A stretch of DNA of 64,000 nt from an uncultured delta proteobacterium (GCA_963815115.1 CAWFFN010000005.1:1248001-1312000), one strand, 5' to 3'; positions 36,285 to 48,785 are shown, counted from the first letter of the stretch. Notes: generated from the sequence alone by a model not told the origin. Made by a program: numbers and translations.

Positions 36285-36926
36285 ATGATCCGCCTGCACT
36301 GGCATCCGTTCTCGATTGTCCCGCGACGCGTCCGGATCGTCCTGCGGGAGAAGCGCATCCCGTACGAGGAGGTCGAGGTCGATCTCCTGCGCGGCGCCCA
36401 TCGCGGCCCGGAGTTCCGTCGCCTGAATCCGTTCGGTCAGGTCCCGGTTCTGGAAGACGATGCGCTCGTCATCTGCGAGTCGGTCGCCATCCTCGAGTAC
36501 CTGGAAGAGCGCTTCCCCGATCCGCGCCTGCTCCCCGTCGACGCCGCCGCGCGCGCCGTCACGCGCCAGTTCATGCTGTGGAGCGGCGACTACCTGAGCG
36601 GTCCCTGGGAGACCTGGATGCGACCGGCGCTCGCCCCCGATGCCCCCGTCGACGTCCCCGGGCGCGCGCAGGCGCGGGCCAAGATCGCGGCGCATCTGGA
36701 CGTCATCGAACGCCGCCTCGTCGGGCGCGACTGGCTGGTCAATCGCTACACGTTCGCCGACATCTGCTACGCGCCGTTCCTGACCGTCCTCGACCGCGTC
36801 GGGCTCGGCGATCTGGTCGACGCTCGCCCGCTGGTTGCGTCCTGGGTAGGCCGACTTCTCGACCGCCCGGCGGTGCGCGACACGGCTCCGCCACCCGTCC
36901 CGGTGTCCCTGCCCCCGAGCGGCTGA
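36285..36926 (+). CDS. Glutathione S-transferase family protein
   Basis: LNPFGQVPVL, ESVAILEYLEE, T.ADI. Confidence 0.92.
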   Translation: MIRLHWHPFSIVPRRVRIVLREKRIPYEEVEVDLLRGAHRGPEFRRLNPFGQVPVLEDDALVICESVAILEYLEERFPDPRLLPVDAAARAVTRQFMLWSGDYLSGPWETWMRPALAPDAPVDVPGRAQARAKIAAHLDVIERRLVGRDWLVNRYTFADICYAPFLTVLDRVGLGDLVDARPLVASWVGRLLDRPAVRDTAPPPVPVSLPPSG

Positions 36927-36942
36927 CGCCCGTCCTCGGGCC

Positions 36943-38055
36943 TCAGGCCGTCCGATCCGGGGCCGTGACGGCGTCGCCACGCGATCGCAGCGTGGCAGCC
37001 GCCTCGAGCAGACAGCGCTCGGTGGTGGGCCAGTCGATGCAGCCGTCCGTGATCGAGATGCCGTAGGCCAGGCCGTCGCGGCCCCCCGTGAGCCGCTGTG
37101 TTCCGGCGCCGAGATTGCTCTCGAGCATGAAACCCATCACGGGCGACCCCCCGTCGCGCGCCTGGTCACGAACTTGGCGGACCACCTCGGCCAGGACGTC
37201 GGGCTGCCTGGCGTAATCCTTCCCGGTCTGGGCGTGGCTGCAGTCCACCATGACTCGCGCCGGGAGGCCGGCTTTGCGGAGCATCGCCTCGCACGTGCGC
37301 AGGCTCTCAGCGTCGTAGTTGGGCGTCCGGCCTCCGCGGAGGACGACGTGGCCGTCGGGGTTGCCGGTCGTGTGGATCACCGAGGCGGTGCCAGCCGGGT
37401 CGATGCCGAGAAACGTGTGTGGATACCGAGCCGACTCGATGGCGTTGACGGCCACCGCGAGGTTGCCGTCGGTCGCGTTCTTGAAGCCGACGGGCATGGA
37501 GAGTCCGCTCGCCATCTCGCGGTGCGTCTGGCTCTCGGTGGTGCGCGCGCCGACGGCGGTCCAGCTGAGCAGGTCGGTGACGTACTGCGGGACGATGGGA
37601 TCGAGCAGCTCGGTGGCGGCCGGGAGCCCGAGCCTGGTGACGTCCAGCAGCAGCCGCCGAGCGAGCCGGAGACCCAGCTGCATGTCGTTCGTGCCGTTGA
37701 GATGCGGGTCGTTGATCAGCCCCTTCCAGCCGATCGTCGTCCGGGGCTTCTCGAAGTAGACCCGCATGACGACGAAGAGCGTGTCCTCGACCAGCCGAGC
37801 GAGTCCGGCGAGCCGTCGCGCGTACTCGACGGCCGCCTCGGGATCGTGGATCGAGCACGGGCCGACCACGGCGAGCAGCCGGCCGTCGCGACCGCCCAGG
37901 ATGCTCCGGATGGTCTCTCGCGCGCGCAGCACGACGGCGTAGTCGGCGTCGCCGGCGGGCAACTCCGCCCGCAGCGTCTGCGGCGGCGTGAGTGGCTCGA
38001 CGCGGGCGACCCGGATGTTCTGGGTCTTCAGCATCCGGCGCACTCTACGATCCAC
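36943..38055 (-). CDS. aroG: 3-deoxy-7-phosphoheptulonate (DAHP) synthase, class I-alpha
   Basis: GPCSIHD, RVYFEKPRTT.GWKGLINDP, GARTTESQTHREMASGLS, DCSH, SITDGCI. Confidence 0.93.
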   Translation of the reverse strand: MDRRVRRMLKTQNIRVARVEPLTPPQTLRAELPAGDADYAVVLRARETIRSILGGRDGRLLAVVGPCSIHDPEAAVEYARRLAGLARLVEDTLFVVMRVYFEKPRTTIGWKGLINDPHLNGTNDMQLGLRLARRLLLDVTRLGLPAATELLDPIVPQYVTDLLSWTAVGARTTESQTHREMASGLSMPVGFKNATDGNLAVAVNAIESARYPHTFLGIDPAGTASVIHTTGNPDGHVVLRGGRTPNYDAESLRTCEAMLRKAGLPARVMVDCSHAQTGKDYARQPDVLAEVVRQVRDQARDGGSPVMGFMLESNLGAGTQRLTGGRDGLAYGISITDGCIDWPTTERCLLEAAATLRSRGDAVTAPDRTA

Positions 38056-38156
38056 GGGGGGCGGGTGCCACCGGGCATCAGTCGTGTCCCGGGGAGGCGC
38101 GCGGACGGGCAGCGCCCGATCGTGCTATCTGACCCCCGGCGAGGAGGAACCCGGCC

Positions 38157-39383
38157 GTGTCGAGAACGTTCCTGGGCGCCCTGATCGGCCTGGTCGCTGC
38201 CTCCTCGGTAGCGGCCGACGAGCCACTACTCGAGCGCCAGTACCTCACCGGGACCTGGAACGGCATCCGTCCCGTGCTCTCCGCCCACGGCTTCCAGCCC
38301 TACCTCACCTACACGGCGACGATGTGGTCGAACCTCGCCGGCGGACGCGCCACCGGGGTGCGGTTCAACGGCTACCTCGACTTCGGTCTGGAGGTCGACC
38401 TGACGAAGCTCGGCGCGTGGGAGGGGCTCGGCTTCCACGCCGACCTTCACTGGTGGCAGGGACGGCGTCCGACCGACGAGCTCGTGGGCGGTGTGCTCGC
38501 ACTGGCGCTGAGCGACTGGGAGGCCGCCGCCACCCTGCGCGTCTTCAACCTCTATTTGCGCCAGGCCTTCGATGGCGATCGTCTCGTCCTCAAGATCGGA
38601 CAGATAGCCGCCGACACCGACTTCATGGTCTCGCGCTACGGCGGGGTCTTCCTCAATGCCGGGTTCGGCGACCTGCCGTCGCAGAACCTCAACCTGGATG
38701 CGCCGGTCTATCCGCTCGCCGCCCCCGGCTTCTTCGCCTCGGGCCGTCCGCTGCCATGGCTCACCGCGCGCTTCGGGGCCTATTCCGGTGACGCGGGCGA
38801 CGACGTCGCCGGCAATCACGGCTTCGGCTGGGCGATCGGCAACAACGCGGGCTATACCTTCTTCTCCGAGATCGCCGCGGCAGCCTCCGCCGGCCGCCTG
38901 CCGGCCACCTACACGCTGGGCGGGATCTTCGACACGGGGGGCTCGGCCCAGTTCGGTACCGGCGAGGAGCGCCGCGCGCACTACGAGCTCTACCTGATGG
39001 TCGACCAGGCGCTCATCGCGAACGACCGCGGCGAGCCGGTGCTCGGCGCCTTCGCGAGCCTCTCCGGCAGCCCGCAGGACGCCCGAAACGTCGTCGGCAT
39101 CTACGCCGCCGCGGGGCTGGCGCTGTTCGGCCCCGTGCCGGCGCGGCCGCGTGACGTGCTCGGCGCCGCGGTCTCCGTGCTGCGCTTCACCGACGATTTC
39201 CAGCAGCACGAGGCAGTCGCCGGAACTCCGGTCGGCCACGGACAGACCGTCCTCGAGGTCACCTACCAGCTGGCGATCGCTCCCTGGCTGGTGGTGCAGC
39301 CCGATGCCCAGTTCTTCTTCGACCCGGCGTTCTCACGCCGCGACGCGTACGCCCTCGGCGTCCAGATGACCACGATCTTCTGA
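38157..39383 (+). CDS. OprB-family carbohydrate-selective porin
   Basis: LTG.W.G.R..L...G, NL.GG, E.TY......W..VQPD.Q, terminal Phe. Confidence 0.88.
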   Translation: MSRTFLGALIGLVAASSVAADEPLLERQYLTGTWNGIRPVLSAHGFQPYLTYTATMWSNLAGGRATGVRFNGYLDFGLEVDLTKLGAWEGLGFHADLHWWQGRRPTDELVGGVLALALSDWEAAATLRVFNLYLRQAFDGDRLVLKIGQIAADTDFMVSRYGGVFLNAGFGDLPSQNLNLDAPVYPLAAPGFFASGRPLPWLTARFGAYSGDAGDDVAGNHGFGWAIGNNAGYTFFSEIAAAASAGRLPATYTLGGIFDTGGSAQFGTGEERRAHYELYLMVDQALIANDRGEPVLGAFASLSGSPQDARNVVGIYAAAGLALFGPVPARPRDVLGAAVSVLRFTDDFQQHEAVAGTPVGHGQTVLEVTYQLAIAPWLVVQPDAQFFFDPAFSRRDAYALGVQMTTIF

Positions 39384-39474
39384 AGGAGCCTGCGGTCGCG
39401 GACGCGTCGAGCGCGCCGCGTTGACTCCATCGCGAACCACTGTCAGGACCAGAGCCCGAAAAGGAGGAGCATCC

Positions 39475-40296
39475 ATGAGCGCGACGCACTCTCTCGACGG
39501 CAAGACGGCCATCGTCACCGGCGCCTCCAGCGGCATCGGGCGTGCCATCGCCGAGAAGCTCGGCGACGCCGGGGCGCACGTGTACCTGGCGGGCCGCACC
39601 GTCTCCGCGATGGAGGAATCGCGGGCGCGAATCGAGCGGGGAGGGGGCCGCGCCGTGGCGGTCGGGCTCGACGTGCGCGACGTCGGGGAGGTCCAGGAGC
39701 TGGTCGCACGTGCCGCGCGCGACACCGGGCGCCTGGACATCATGGTGAACAACGCCGGCCTCTCGTATCCCACGCCGATCATCGAGGGCGATCCGGAGGA
39801 GTGGCGGTCCATGCTGGAGACGAACGTGCTGGCGCTGCTCGTCGGCTGCCAGGCCGCCATCCGGGCGATGCGCGCCTGCAAGGCGCAGGGGCACATCGTG
39901 AACCTCTCCTCGATCGCCGCGCAGCGCGCCGACTCGGGCGTCTACGGCGCGACCAAGCATGCCGTCACGTGCATCAGCCATACCCTGCGCCGCGAGCTGG
40001 AAGAGGACACCATCCGCATCGTGGACGTGCGGCCCGGCGCCATCGCGACGAACTTCGCCCGGAACTTCGACCCGGCGTTCGTCGGCAACTTCATCCGCGC
40101 GACCGGCATGGACATCGAGGTGAAGCGCGGCGAGCGGCTGCCGGACGAGGTGATGGAGAAGCTGCAGCCGATCATGAAGCAGGTCCTCGCCAGCGCCGAG
40201 CACGTCGCCAACGCGGTGCTCTATGCGGTGACGCAGCCGATCGACGTGAACGTCGCGGAGATCGTCGTCCGCCCGCCGAAGCAGCTCGCGCTCTAG
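39475..40296 (+). CDS. Short-chain dehydrogenase/reductase (YdfG-like)
   Basis: TGASSGIG, NNAG, YGATKHA, C-terminal QP..VNV.EI.VRP; AAGGAGG RBS. Confidence 0.92.
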   Translation: MSATHSLDGKTAIVTGASSGIGRAIAEKLGDAGAHVYLAGRTVSAMEESRARIERGGGRAVAVGLDVRDVGEVQELVARAARDTGRLDIMVNNAGLSYPTPIIEGDPEEWRSMLETNVLALLVGCQAAIRAMRACKAQGHIVNLSSIAAQRADSGVYGATKHAVTCISHTLRRELEEDTIRIVDVRPGAIATNFARNFDPAFVGNFIRATGMDIEVKRGERLPDEVMEKLQPIMKQVLASAEHVANAVLYAVTQPIDVNVAEIVVRPPKQLAL

Positions 40297-40386
40297 GTTC
40301 GGCCGTTCGGGGACGGAGAGCGCGTCGCCGAGCCATACTGGAAGCAGGACTTCCGTTCTGCTACTTCGCGCGCCGCGGACCCGGAG

Positions 40387-40824
40387 ATGGCGATGCGTTC
40401 CCCGAGATTGGCTGCCGTCGCGCTGGCGATCGGAACCGCCGGCGGAATCGGGTGCGGCCCGTCCCGCGTACCGCTCATCCAGCCCAAGCCGGCGCCCGAG
40501 CCCGAGGTGAGCGCGGAGCAGGCTCAGCGCGCCGCGGCCTCGAAGTTCCAGAAAGAGATCGTGATGGCGGAGGTGGCGCGGACGCACCCCGTGCTCGCCG
40601 CCACGCTCGCGCGCAACCTGGCCGACCTGCAGAAAGCCATCAAGCAGCGCGGCAACCTGAACGAGGTCCGCAAGGACATGCACCTCGGGCCCCCCCTGCG
40701 CGAGGCCTGCCGCATCGGGTGGAGGGAAGGGATCGACGAGCTGCGCAAGGCGGGGGCGAAGTGTCTCGGCGACGCCCGCTGCGAGGCATGCGTCCAGCGC
40801 AGCATGCCGCCGCCGACCGGCTAG
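40387..40824 (+). CDS. Putative lipoprotein, hypothetical
   Basis: Signal with GIGC lipobox-like Cys; C-terminal C-x5-C-x2-C. Confidence 0.6.
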   Translation: MAMRSPRLAAVALAIGTAGGIGCGPSRVPLIQPKPAPEPEVSAEQAQRAAASKFQKEIVMAEVARTHPVLAATLARNLADLQKAIKQRGNLNEVRKDMHLGPPLREACRIGWREGIDELRKAGAKCLGDARCEACVQRSMPPPTG

Positions 40825-40840
40825 CGTCGTCCGGCGGCCG

Positions 40841-42334
40841 TCACTCCCCGATGCTCGAGCGCGCCGCGGCCTCCTTGATCGCCTTCCCGTCGATCTTGAG
40901 CATGAAGCCCGCCCGGACCGCCCGGCGTGTCGCCCTGCTCACCTTCGCGACGTAGGCGCGGTGATCGGGATAGAGGGAGGCGAGCGTCACGGCGTCGAAC
41001 GGCTCCGTGGTGCCGAAGAGAAGGCAGAACCCCGATCCGCTCTGTCCCTCTCCCGACAGGGAGGCGATCGGCACGTCGAGCTGCGGCGTCCGGATGCCGC
41101 CAAGGGCGTTGCCGTGCGGGTCGCGCGCGAGGGCCGGCGGCGAACCCGAAGCGATCTCCAGATGGGGGGCGTGGCGTGCCGGGGTGCCGCGCCGTACCCA
41201 GCGATGGAGCGCGGCGAACGCGGCATTCAGCACGTAGTGCGCCGGTCCGGCGTTGATGGGCGAGCTGCAGACGATGCCCGGGATGGGCGACGAGGTCACC
41301 ACGAGAGCGGCGGCGGCGGCCGACCCGAGCGGGTCCGAGTTCGCCACCGCCAACCCATAAGCGTCGTCGTGGGCGGTCCCGGCGATCTCCCAGAGCCGGA
41401 TGCGCTTGCTGTCCGATTGACGCTCCTTGAAGAAGTTGAGCCCGAAGATGTCGGTCTCCGTCTGCAAGATCAGCACCGGGACGTCGAGGTCGCTCCGGAT
41501 GCGGCCCGGGGAGGGCGTCGCGACCACGGCCTGCGGCGGCTCCGACAACGCTGCGGCGCGGTAGCGGCTGTGGACGAGGTAGCCGTCGTACACGCCGGCG
41601 AGCGGATGGATCGCGTTGACGTAGGTGACGAGCCGAGAGGCCGACTGCGAGTTTCCAGATCCGATCACCCTCTTTACCTTCAGGCCGCCGAGCGGGTCGG
41701 CGCCTACCGGGTGACGCATTGCCTGGCCGACCTGCGAATAGATGTCGTACGAGAAACTGTCGCCGGGATGGCTGAGCGACCCGTAGCGTACCGGATCAAC
41801 GAACTTGAGCGAGATGGTTAGCTGTCCCACGATCGTCGTTCCGCCTTCGATGCCGACGCGCTGGGCCGAGACGCCGACCCATGCGAAGCCGTCGCGGAGC
41901 ATCTCGCTGTGCGCCGACGTCCAGTCCGGGGCGGAGTCCAGACCGCCACTGACGTTGAGCCACTCGACGACGACCGTGCCATTGAACTTCGCGGCGTCCG
42001 TCGGCCGGTGCACCACGATGCGCGTCTTGTAGGGCGCCCTGTCCGCCGGGGTCGCCATCCACCGGCCGTCCGAGCCGAAGGTCCCGGCATTGGCGTAGGA
42101 GCTGGCGGTGCCGGAGATGAAGTACTCCTGCTCGAGGTAGCCGAATGGGCTCAGATCGAAGGTGGTGGCCGCGATGAACGTCCCGCGTCCGCTGGTGATC
42201 GGGCCCTCCACGGTGGGGCTGGCGACGTCCGCGGATGCGACGGTCACGGCCGGCGCGGCGAGCAGCGGGGCGACGAGCGCGAGCCCGACGACGTGGGCGG
42301 CGAGATTCGGACGCTGGCGAAGTGACCTACGCAT
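40841..42334 (-). CDS. Secreted alpha/beta-hydrolase-domain protein (Abhydrolase_10-like)
   Basis: EEYF.SG.A-like, FNGTVVVEWLNVSGG.D, G.SQSA, E.AGTAH.D, GNALGGIR.P..DVP. Confidence 0.82.
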   Translation of the reverse strand: MRRSLRQRPNLAAHVVGLALVAPLLAAPAVTVASADVASPTVEGPITSGRGTFIAATTFDLSPFGYLEQEYFISGTASSYANAGTFGSDGRWMATPADRAPYKTRIVVHRPTDAAKFNGTVVVEWLNVSGGLDSAPDWTSAHSEMLRDGFAWVGVSAQRVGIEGGTTIVGQLTISLKFVDPVRYGSLSHPGDSFSYDIYSQVGQAMRHPVGADPLGGLKVKRVIGSGNSQSASRLVTYVNAIHPLAGVYDGYLVHSRYRAAALSEPPQAVVATPSPGRIRSDLDVPVLILQTETDIFGLNFFKERQSDSKRIRLWEIAGTAHDDAYGLAVANSDPLGSAAAAALVVTSSPIPGIVCSSPINAGPAHYVLNAAFAALHRWVRRGTPARHAPHLEIASGSPPALARDPHGNALGGIRTPQLDVPIASLSGEGQSGSGFCLLFGTTEPFDAVTLASLYPDHRAYVAKVSRATRRAVRAGFMLKIDGKAIKEAAARSSIGE

Positions 42335-42421
42335 GGTCGGACGAGTTTCCTCCTCCGGTTGACCTACCCGAGGGCCGAGAGGGCGACAAGGCTTGGCGAC
42401 CAGGGCGGCTGGAGCGCGCGC

Positions 42422-42697
42422 ATGACAGGGCGCAAGATGCGGGCCGTGCATGCCACCGAAAGCCCGGTCACGGTGAAGTGGTACTACCGCCCGCTCTGGG
42501 TGCTGGTGCTGCTCTTCCTCGTTCTCGGCCCGCTGGGACTACCGTATCTCTGGAGGAGCCCTCGCTTCTCACGCGGCGCCAAGATCGCCCTCACCGCCTG
42601 CGTGCTCGCCTACACGGGGCTGCTAGTCGTGGAGACGGTTCGCATCGTGCATGAGGTGCGCCACGAGATGAAGGAGCTCCAGATCGACCTGGATTGA
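42422..42697 (+). CDS. Small membrane protein
   Basis: KWYYR, two TM segments, GPL.LP.LW.SP.F motif. Confidence 0.7.
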   Translation: MTGRKMRAVHATESPVTVKWYYRPLWVLVLLFLVLGPLGLPYLWRSPRFSRGAKIALTACVLAYTGLLVVETVRIVHEVRHEMKELQIDLD

Positions 42698-44884
<2,187 letters not shown>

Positions 44885-44912
44885 TAGACCTCGCGGTCGG
44901 CGGCGGTCAAAT

Positions 44913-45041
44913 CAGGTCGCGGCGATCGAGCAGCAGGGCAACACCGTCGTGGCCCACATCGGCGACCAACAGAGCGACCTCGAAGGCGGCCACGCGCTCC
45001 ACGTCTGCAAGGTGCCGAACCCGATGTACCTCATCCCTTGA
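44913..45041 (+). pseudogene. C-terminal remnant of a HAD class B / plant-VSP-type acid phosphatase
   Basis: IEQQGNTVVAHIGDQQSDLEGGH…KVPNPMYLIP*, the typical GDQxSDL and PNPMY terminus; the rest of the gene is absent. Confidence 0.7.
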
Positions 45042-45086
45042 CGCGGCGGGACGCGGGGATAGGCTCCGCACCCGGGAGGACGATCG

Positions 45087-45992
45087 ATGGACGCGCGCGA
45101 CGAGGCCTTGCTCCGGATCGGGATTGCCGCGGCACTCGCCGACGGCGTGTGCGACGAGCGAGAGCGCAGCCACCTGGACGCGCTGGCGCGCGCGGCCGGC
45201 GCCGAGAGCAGCGCGGAACTCGGGAGGGACCCGAGCCTGCCGCCCGATCTGGCGACCCGCCTCGACACGCCCGAGGCCAGGCAGTCCGCCTACGACCTCG
45301 CCGTCGCCGTGTGCAACGCCGACGGCAGCGCCAACGCGGCCGAGATGCGCTTCCTCGCCACCCTGCGCGGCACGCTCGGGCTGAGCGAGGCGAGCGTCGC
45401 GGCGGCGGCGAGCACGGGCGCAGCCCTCGCCGGCTCCGCGGTAGCGGGCGCGCCCGCGGCGGGAGCCGCGGCGTCGACCGACGACCTGATCCTCCAGCAG
45501 GCGGTCCTGGCGGGTGCGCTCGAGCTGCTCCCACAGACACTGGCGTCGCTGGCGGTGATCCCGGTGCAGCTCCGGCTCGTCTACCAGATCGGCAAGCGGC
45601 ACGGGCAGCAGCTCGACGCCGCGCAGGCGAAGGACCTGCTGGCGACGCTCGGGATCGGCGCCGCGACGCAGGTGCTCGATGGTGCGGCGCGCCGGGTGCT
45701 CAGCGGAGTCGCCAGCGGCGTGCTCGGCCGGCTTCTCGGCGGGCTCGTCGGCGGCGTCGCCGGCTCGGCTGCGGGCGCGGGCACCGTGTTCGCCGCGACC
45801 TACGCCCTCGGCCACGCCGCCGAGCAGTACTACCGGCAAGGACGCGATCTCGGCACGGCGGATCTGCAGGCGCTGTTCGCGAAGCTGCGCGACCAGGCGC
45901 AGACGCTCTATCCCAAGGTGCAGGCGGAGATCCAGGAGCGCGCGCGGTCGCTCGACTTGAAGCAGCTCACGGCGTCGCTGACGCGCGGGTGA
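45087..45992 (+). CDS. TerB-like (DUF533) + DUF697/YcjF-like domain protein
   Basis: AALADG..DE.ER, AVAVC.ADG....E..FL..L; C-half with IP.Q..LV..IG and TYALG. Confidence 0.75.
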   Translation: MDARDEALLRIGIAAALADGVCDERERSHLDALARAAGAESSAELGRDPSLPPDLATRLDTPEARQSAYDLAVAVCNADGSANAAEMRFLATLRGTLGLSEASVAAAASTGAALAGSAVAGAPAAGAAASTDDLILQQAVLAGALELLPQTLASLAVIPVQLRLVYQIGKRHGQQLDAAQAKDLLATLGIGAATQVLDGAARRVLSGVASGVLGRLLGGLVGGVAGSAAGAGTVFAATYALGHAAEQYYRQGRDLGTADLQALFAKLRDQAQTLYPKVQAEIQERARSLDLKQLTASLTRG

Positions 45993-46774
45993 GCCGGTCT
46001 CTCGCCATCGTGGCCGCGTGCCTCGCGGCCTGGGGCTGCGCCGAGCGCGTCCGGCTGCCCGCCGGGCCGCCGTTCCGTTTCGCCAACGACACCTTTGCGT
46101 TCTCCAACGAGACCGTCTGGGAGTACAACATCGACGAGGCGACGGGACACGCGACCTGGCACCGCCGGGATCCGCGACCACCGTTCTCGCTGCGCTGCGG
46201 GAACATGGCGCGCGCGGCCCGCCAGTTTCATCTCGAGGCTCGCTTTGCACCCGACCGGAGCCCGCCCGACGAAGCCACGCTGGGCGCGCTCGTGAGCGAG
46301 GTGCTCGCGCGCGATCCGCGCGAGACCCGACCCTCGGCAGATCCGGTCCTGATCCCGGGCTATGCCGATCTTCGTCAGCTCACGGCGGCGCACCGGCCGC
46401 TGTTCGAGCGGGAGCTCGGCGGCGCGCTGCTGAGCCACCTGCAGCGCGGCAACTGGCGCATGATCTTTCCCTTCCTGCCCGGCGAGCAACGGCGCGAGGC
46501 CGACCATCTCGCCGATGCGCTGCGCCGGGGAGAGACGCCGATCCTGCACGTGGTCCGCTTTCCCGCGCTCACCCTGAATCACATGGTGCTGCTCTTCGAG
46601 GTCGAGGAGACCCCGGAGGAGCTGCGCTTCCAGGCCTATGATCCGAATGACGCCAGCGCTCCCATCGTCGTGCGCTGGGACAGGGGAGGGCGCACGTTCG
46701 TCTTCCCACGCACGCCCTACTTCGGGGGCGGTCCGGTGAAGGCGTACGGCATCTATGATGGCCTGCTCCTGTAG
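45989..46774 (+). CDS. Putative lipoprotein with possible papain-like Cys-His-Asp triad
   Basis: AWGC lipobox-like; LRC..MAR, LNH.VL.F, YDPN; GTGA overlap. Confidence 0.6.
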   Translation: MSRSLAIVAACLAAWGCAERVRLPAGPPFRFANDTFAFSNETVWEYNIDEATGHATWHRRDPRPPFSLRCGNMARAARQFHLEARFAPDRSPPDEATLGALVSEVLARDPRETRPSADPVLIPGYADLRQLTAAHRPLFERELGGALLSHLQRGNWRMIFPFLPGEQRREADHLADALRRGETPILHVVRFPALTLNHMVLLFEVEETPEELRFQAYDPNDASAPIVVRWDRGGRTFVFPRTPYFGGGPVKAYGIYDGLLL

Positions 46775-47348
46775 GCGGCGCCTCGCGGCGCTGGTGCTCC
46801 TCGCCGCCGTCCTGCCCGGCTGCGTCACCGGCCACCTGATGGATGCCGCCCGGCGGCGCGAGCGGCCGATCAGGGTCACCGCGGCGGCCATCGACGGAGA
46901 GCGCCTGGTGGTCCGCTACACCGCCGAGGTGCGTGACGCCGACGGCGATCCGCTCGGCACCACCGACGGCGCGGCGGCGATCCCGCTCGCGACCATGCGG
47001 AGCGCGGAGTCCCCGCTGGCCGATCGCGTCTCGCCGTCGTGGCCGTCACCGCGGCGAGCTGCCGGCGGCGTCCCGATCGTGGTCGAGCGCGCACCGGGGG
47101 CGGGAGGCGGATCGACCTGCGCCGGTCCGCTGCTCGAGGTGGTCGAGAAGGATGGTCGCGACACGGCCCTGGTCTGGCGCGATGCGCCCGGCGCGCCGCC
47201 GAATGCGCCCGTCCCGCTCGCGGCGCTCACCCGCACCCGGACGGCACCGTGGGCGTGGCCGCTGGTGCCGCCGCTGCTGGCGGTGGACGCAGTGCTCACT
47301 CCTGTCCTGGTGTTCTTCGCCCCGGCAGTCATGGTGATCGGCGAGTGA
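46755..47348 (+). CDS. Putative lipoprotein, hypothetical
   Basis: LPGC lipobox; hydrophobic C-terminus (P..LAVDAVLTPV). Confidence 0.6.
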   Translation: MMACSCRRRLAALVLLAAVLPGCVTGHLMDAARRRERPIRVTAAAIDGERLVVRYTAEVRDADGDPLGTTDGAAAIPLATMRSAESPLADRVSPSWPSPRRAAGGVPIVVERAPGAGGGSTCAGPLLEVVEKDGRDTALVWRDAPGAPPNAPVPLAALTRTRTAPWAWPLVPPLLAVDAVLTPVLVFFAPAVMVIGE

Positions 47349-47353
47349 GCGGC

Positions 47354-48754
47354 TCAGTGCCGCGCGTCCATCACCACCGGCATGCCGCGGGAGGGCCCGT
47401 ACGTGATGGCGCGCTGCACGGGGCGCATGCGGTAGCCGGGCGCGATGCGCAGGTCGGCCAGCCGCAGCACTTCGGCCAGCACGACCTTCATCTCGTAGGT
47501 GGCGAACGCCGCACCGAGGCAGCGCCGCACGCCGCCGCCGAAGGGGAAGAAGTGAGACGGGCTCGGGCGCACGCCGAGGAAGCGATCGGGATGGAAGCGC
47601 GCGGGCTCCGGCCACAGGTCGGGTCGGCGATGGACGAGGTAGATCGCGGGCGAGACGACGACGCCCGCGGGCAGGTCGCGTCCGCCGATGCACGCCGGAG
47701 CGTGCAGCATACGCCCCGTGAAGGCAACGACCGGCGTCAGGCGCTGGGTCTCCTTCAGGACCGCGTCCAGGTACTCGAGCCGGCTCACGTGTTCGGGCTC
47801 GAGCGGCCCGTCGCCCAGCACGGCGTGCAGCTCGTCGCGCAGGCGCCGGTGCACGTCGGGATGGCGTAGCACCTGGTAGAAGGCCCAGGCGAGCGACGTC
47901 GCCGTGGTCTCGTGCCCGGCCATCAGCAGCGTGAACATCTCGTCACGCAACTCGGGGTCGGTCATGCGCTCGCCGTGCTGGTCGCGGGCGTCGAGCAGGA
48001 GCGACAGGATGTCGGTCCGGCCCGCCGTGCCCTCGGTGCGGCGTCTGGCCATCTCCGCGTACAGGATGTCGTCGATGGCGCGCGCCCGGCGCACGTACTG
48101 GCCCCACGGCGAGAGACCGCGCAGCTCGACCTGGAGGAACGGAGGCACGACGAAGGCGGCGGCCGGTCCGTCTGCCAGGGCGAGGAAGCGATCGATCCGG
48201 CGCCGCAGCTCGACCAGCCTGGGGCCGTCGTCGATGCCGAAGACGGCTCGCAGGATGACATCGAGGGTGATGGTCTGCATCTCGTGGTGGATCGGAAACG
48301 GGTGCCCCAGCGGCCAGCCGTCGAGCACGCGCTGCGCGCTCTCGCGCACGAGCCGCCCGTAGAGGTACACGCGCTCGCCGTGGAACGGCGGCGACATGAG
48401 CCGGCGTTCGCGCAGGTGGCGCTCGCCGTCGAGCACGAGCAGGGCATGCTTGCCGAGCAACGGCACCAGGATGTCGCCGGCCGCTTCGCCGGCGCGGAAG
48501 GTCTCGGGATTCCCGGCGTGGATGTCACGAATGGCGTCGGGGTGGCTGCAGAAGACATTGGTGCGCCCGCCGATCAGGCGAAGGGTGAACCAGTCGCCCC
48601 AGCGCCGCGCGCACGCCTCGATGGTCTGCAACGGCCGGAACGCGAAGCGGAGGGTCTGGAACAATCGCGGCGCGGTGGGACCGGGCGGCAGCGACGGCCC
48701 CGTCGGCTCGGTCCGGGAAGAAGCGTCCTGGAGCTGGAAGCGGAGAGCGCTCAT
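47354..48754 (-). CDS. Cytochrome P450 (paralogue of 5153-6541)
   Basis: AGHETT, ETQR, FPFGGGVRRCLG. Confidence 0.95.
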   Translation of the reverse strand: MSALRFQLQDASSRTEPTGPSLPPGPTAPRLFQTLRFAFRPLQTIEACARRWGDWFTLRLIGGRTNVFCSHPDAIRDIHAGNPETFRAGEAAGDILVPLLGKHALLVLDGERHLRERRLMSPPFHGERVYLYGRLVRESAQRVLDGWPLGHPFPIHHEMQTITLDVILRAVFGIDDGPRLVELRRRIDRFLALADGPAAAFVVPPFLQVELRGLSPWGQYVRRARAIDDILYAEMARRRTEGTAGRTDILSLLLDARDQHGERMTDPELRDEMFTLLMAGHETTATSLAWAFYQVLRHPDVHRRLRDELHAVLGDGPLEPEHVSRLEYLDAVLKETQRLTPVVAFTGRMLHAPACIGGRDLPAGVVVSPAIYLVHRRPDLWPEPARFHPDRFLGVRPSPSHFFPFGGGVRRCLGAAFATYEMKVVLAEVLRLADLRIAPGYRMRPVQRAITYGPSRGMPVVMDARH

Positions 48755-48785
48755 CGGAACCTCCGTGGGGCCGCGGCCCGGCAGC

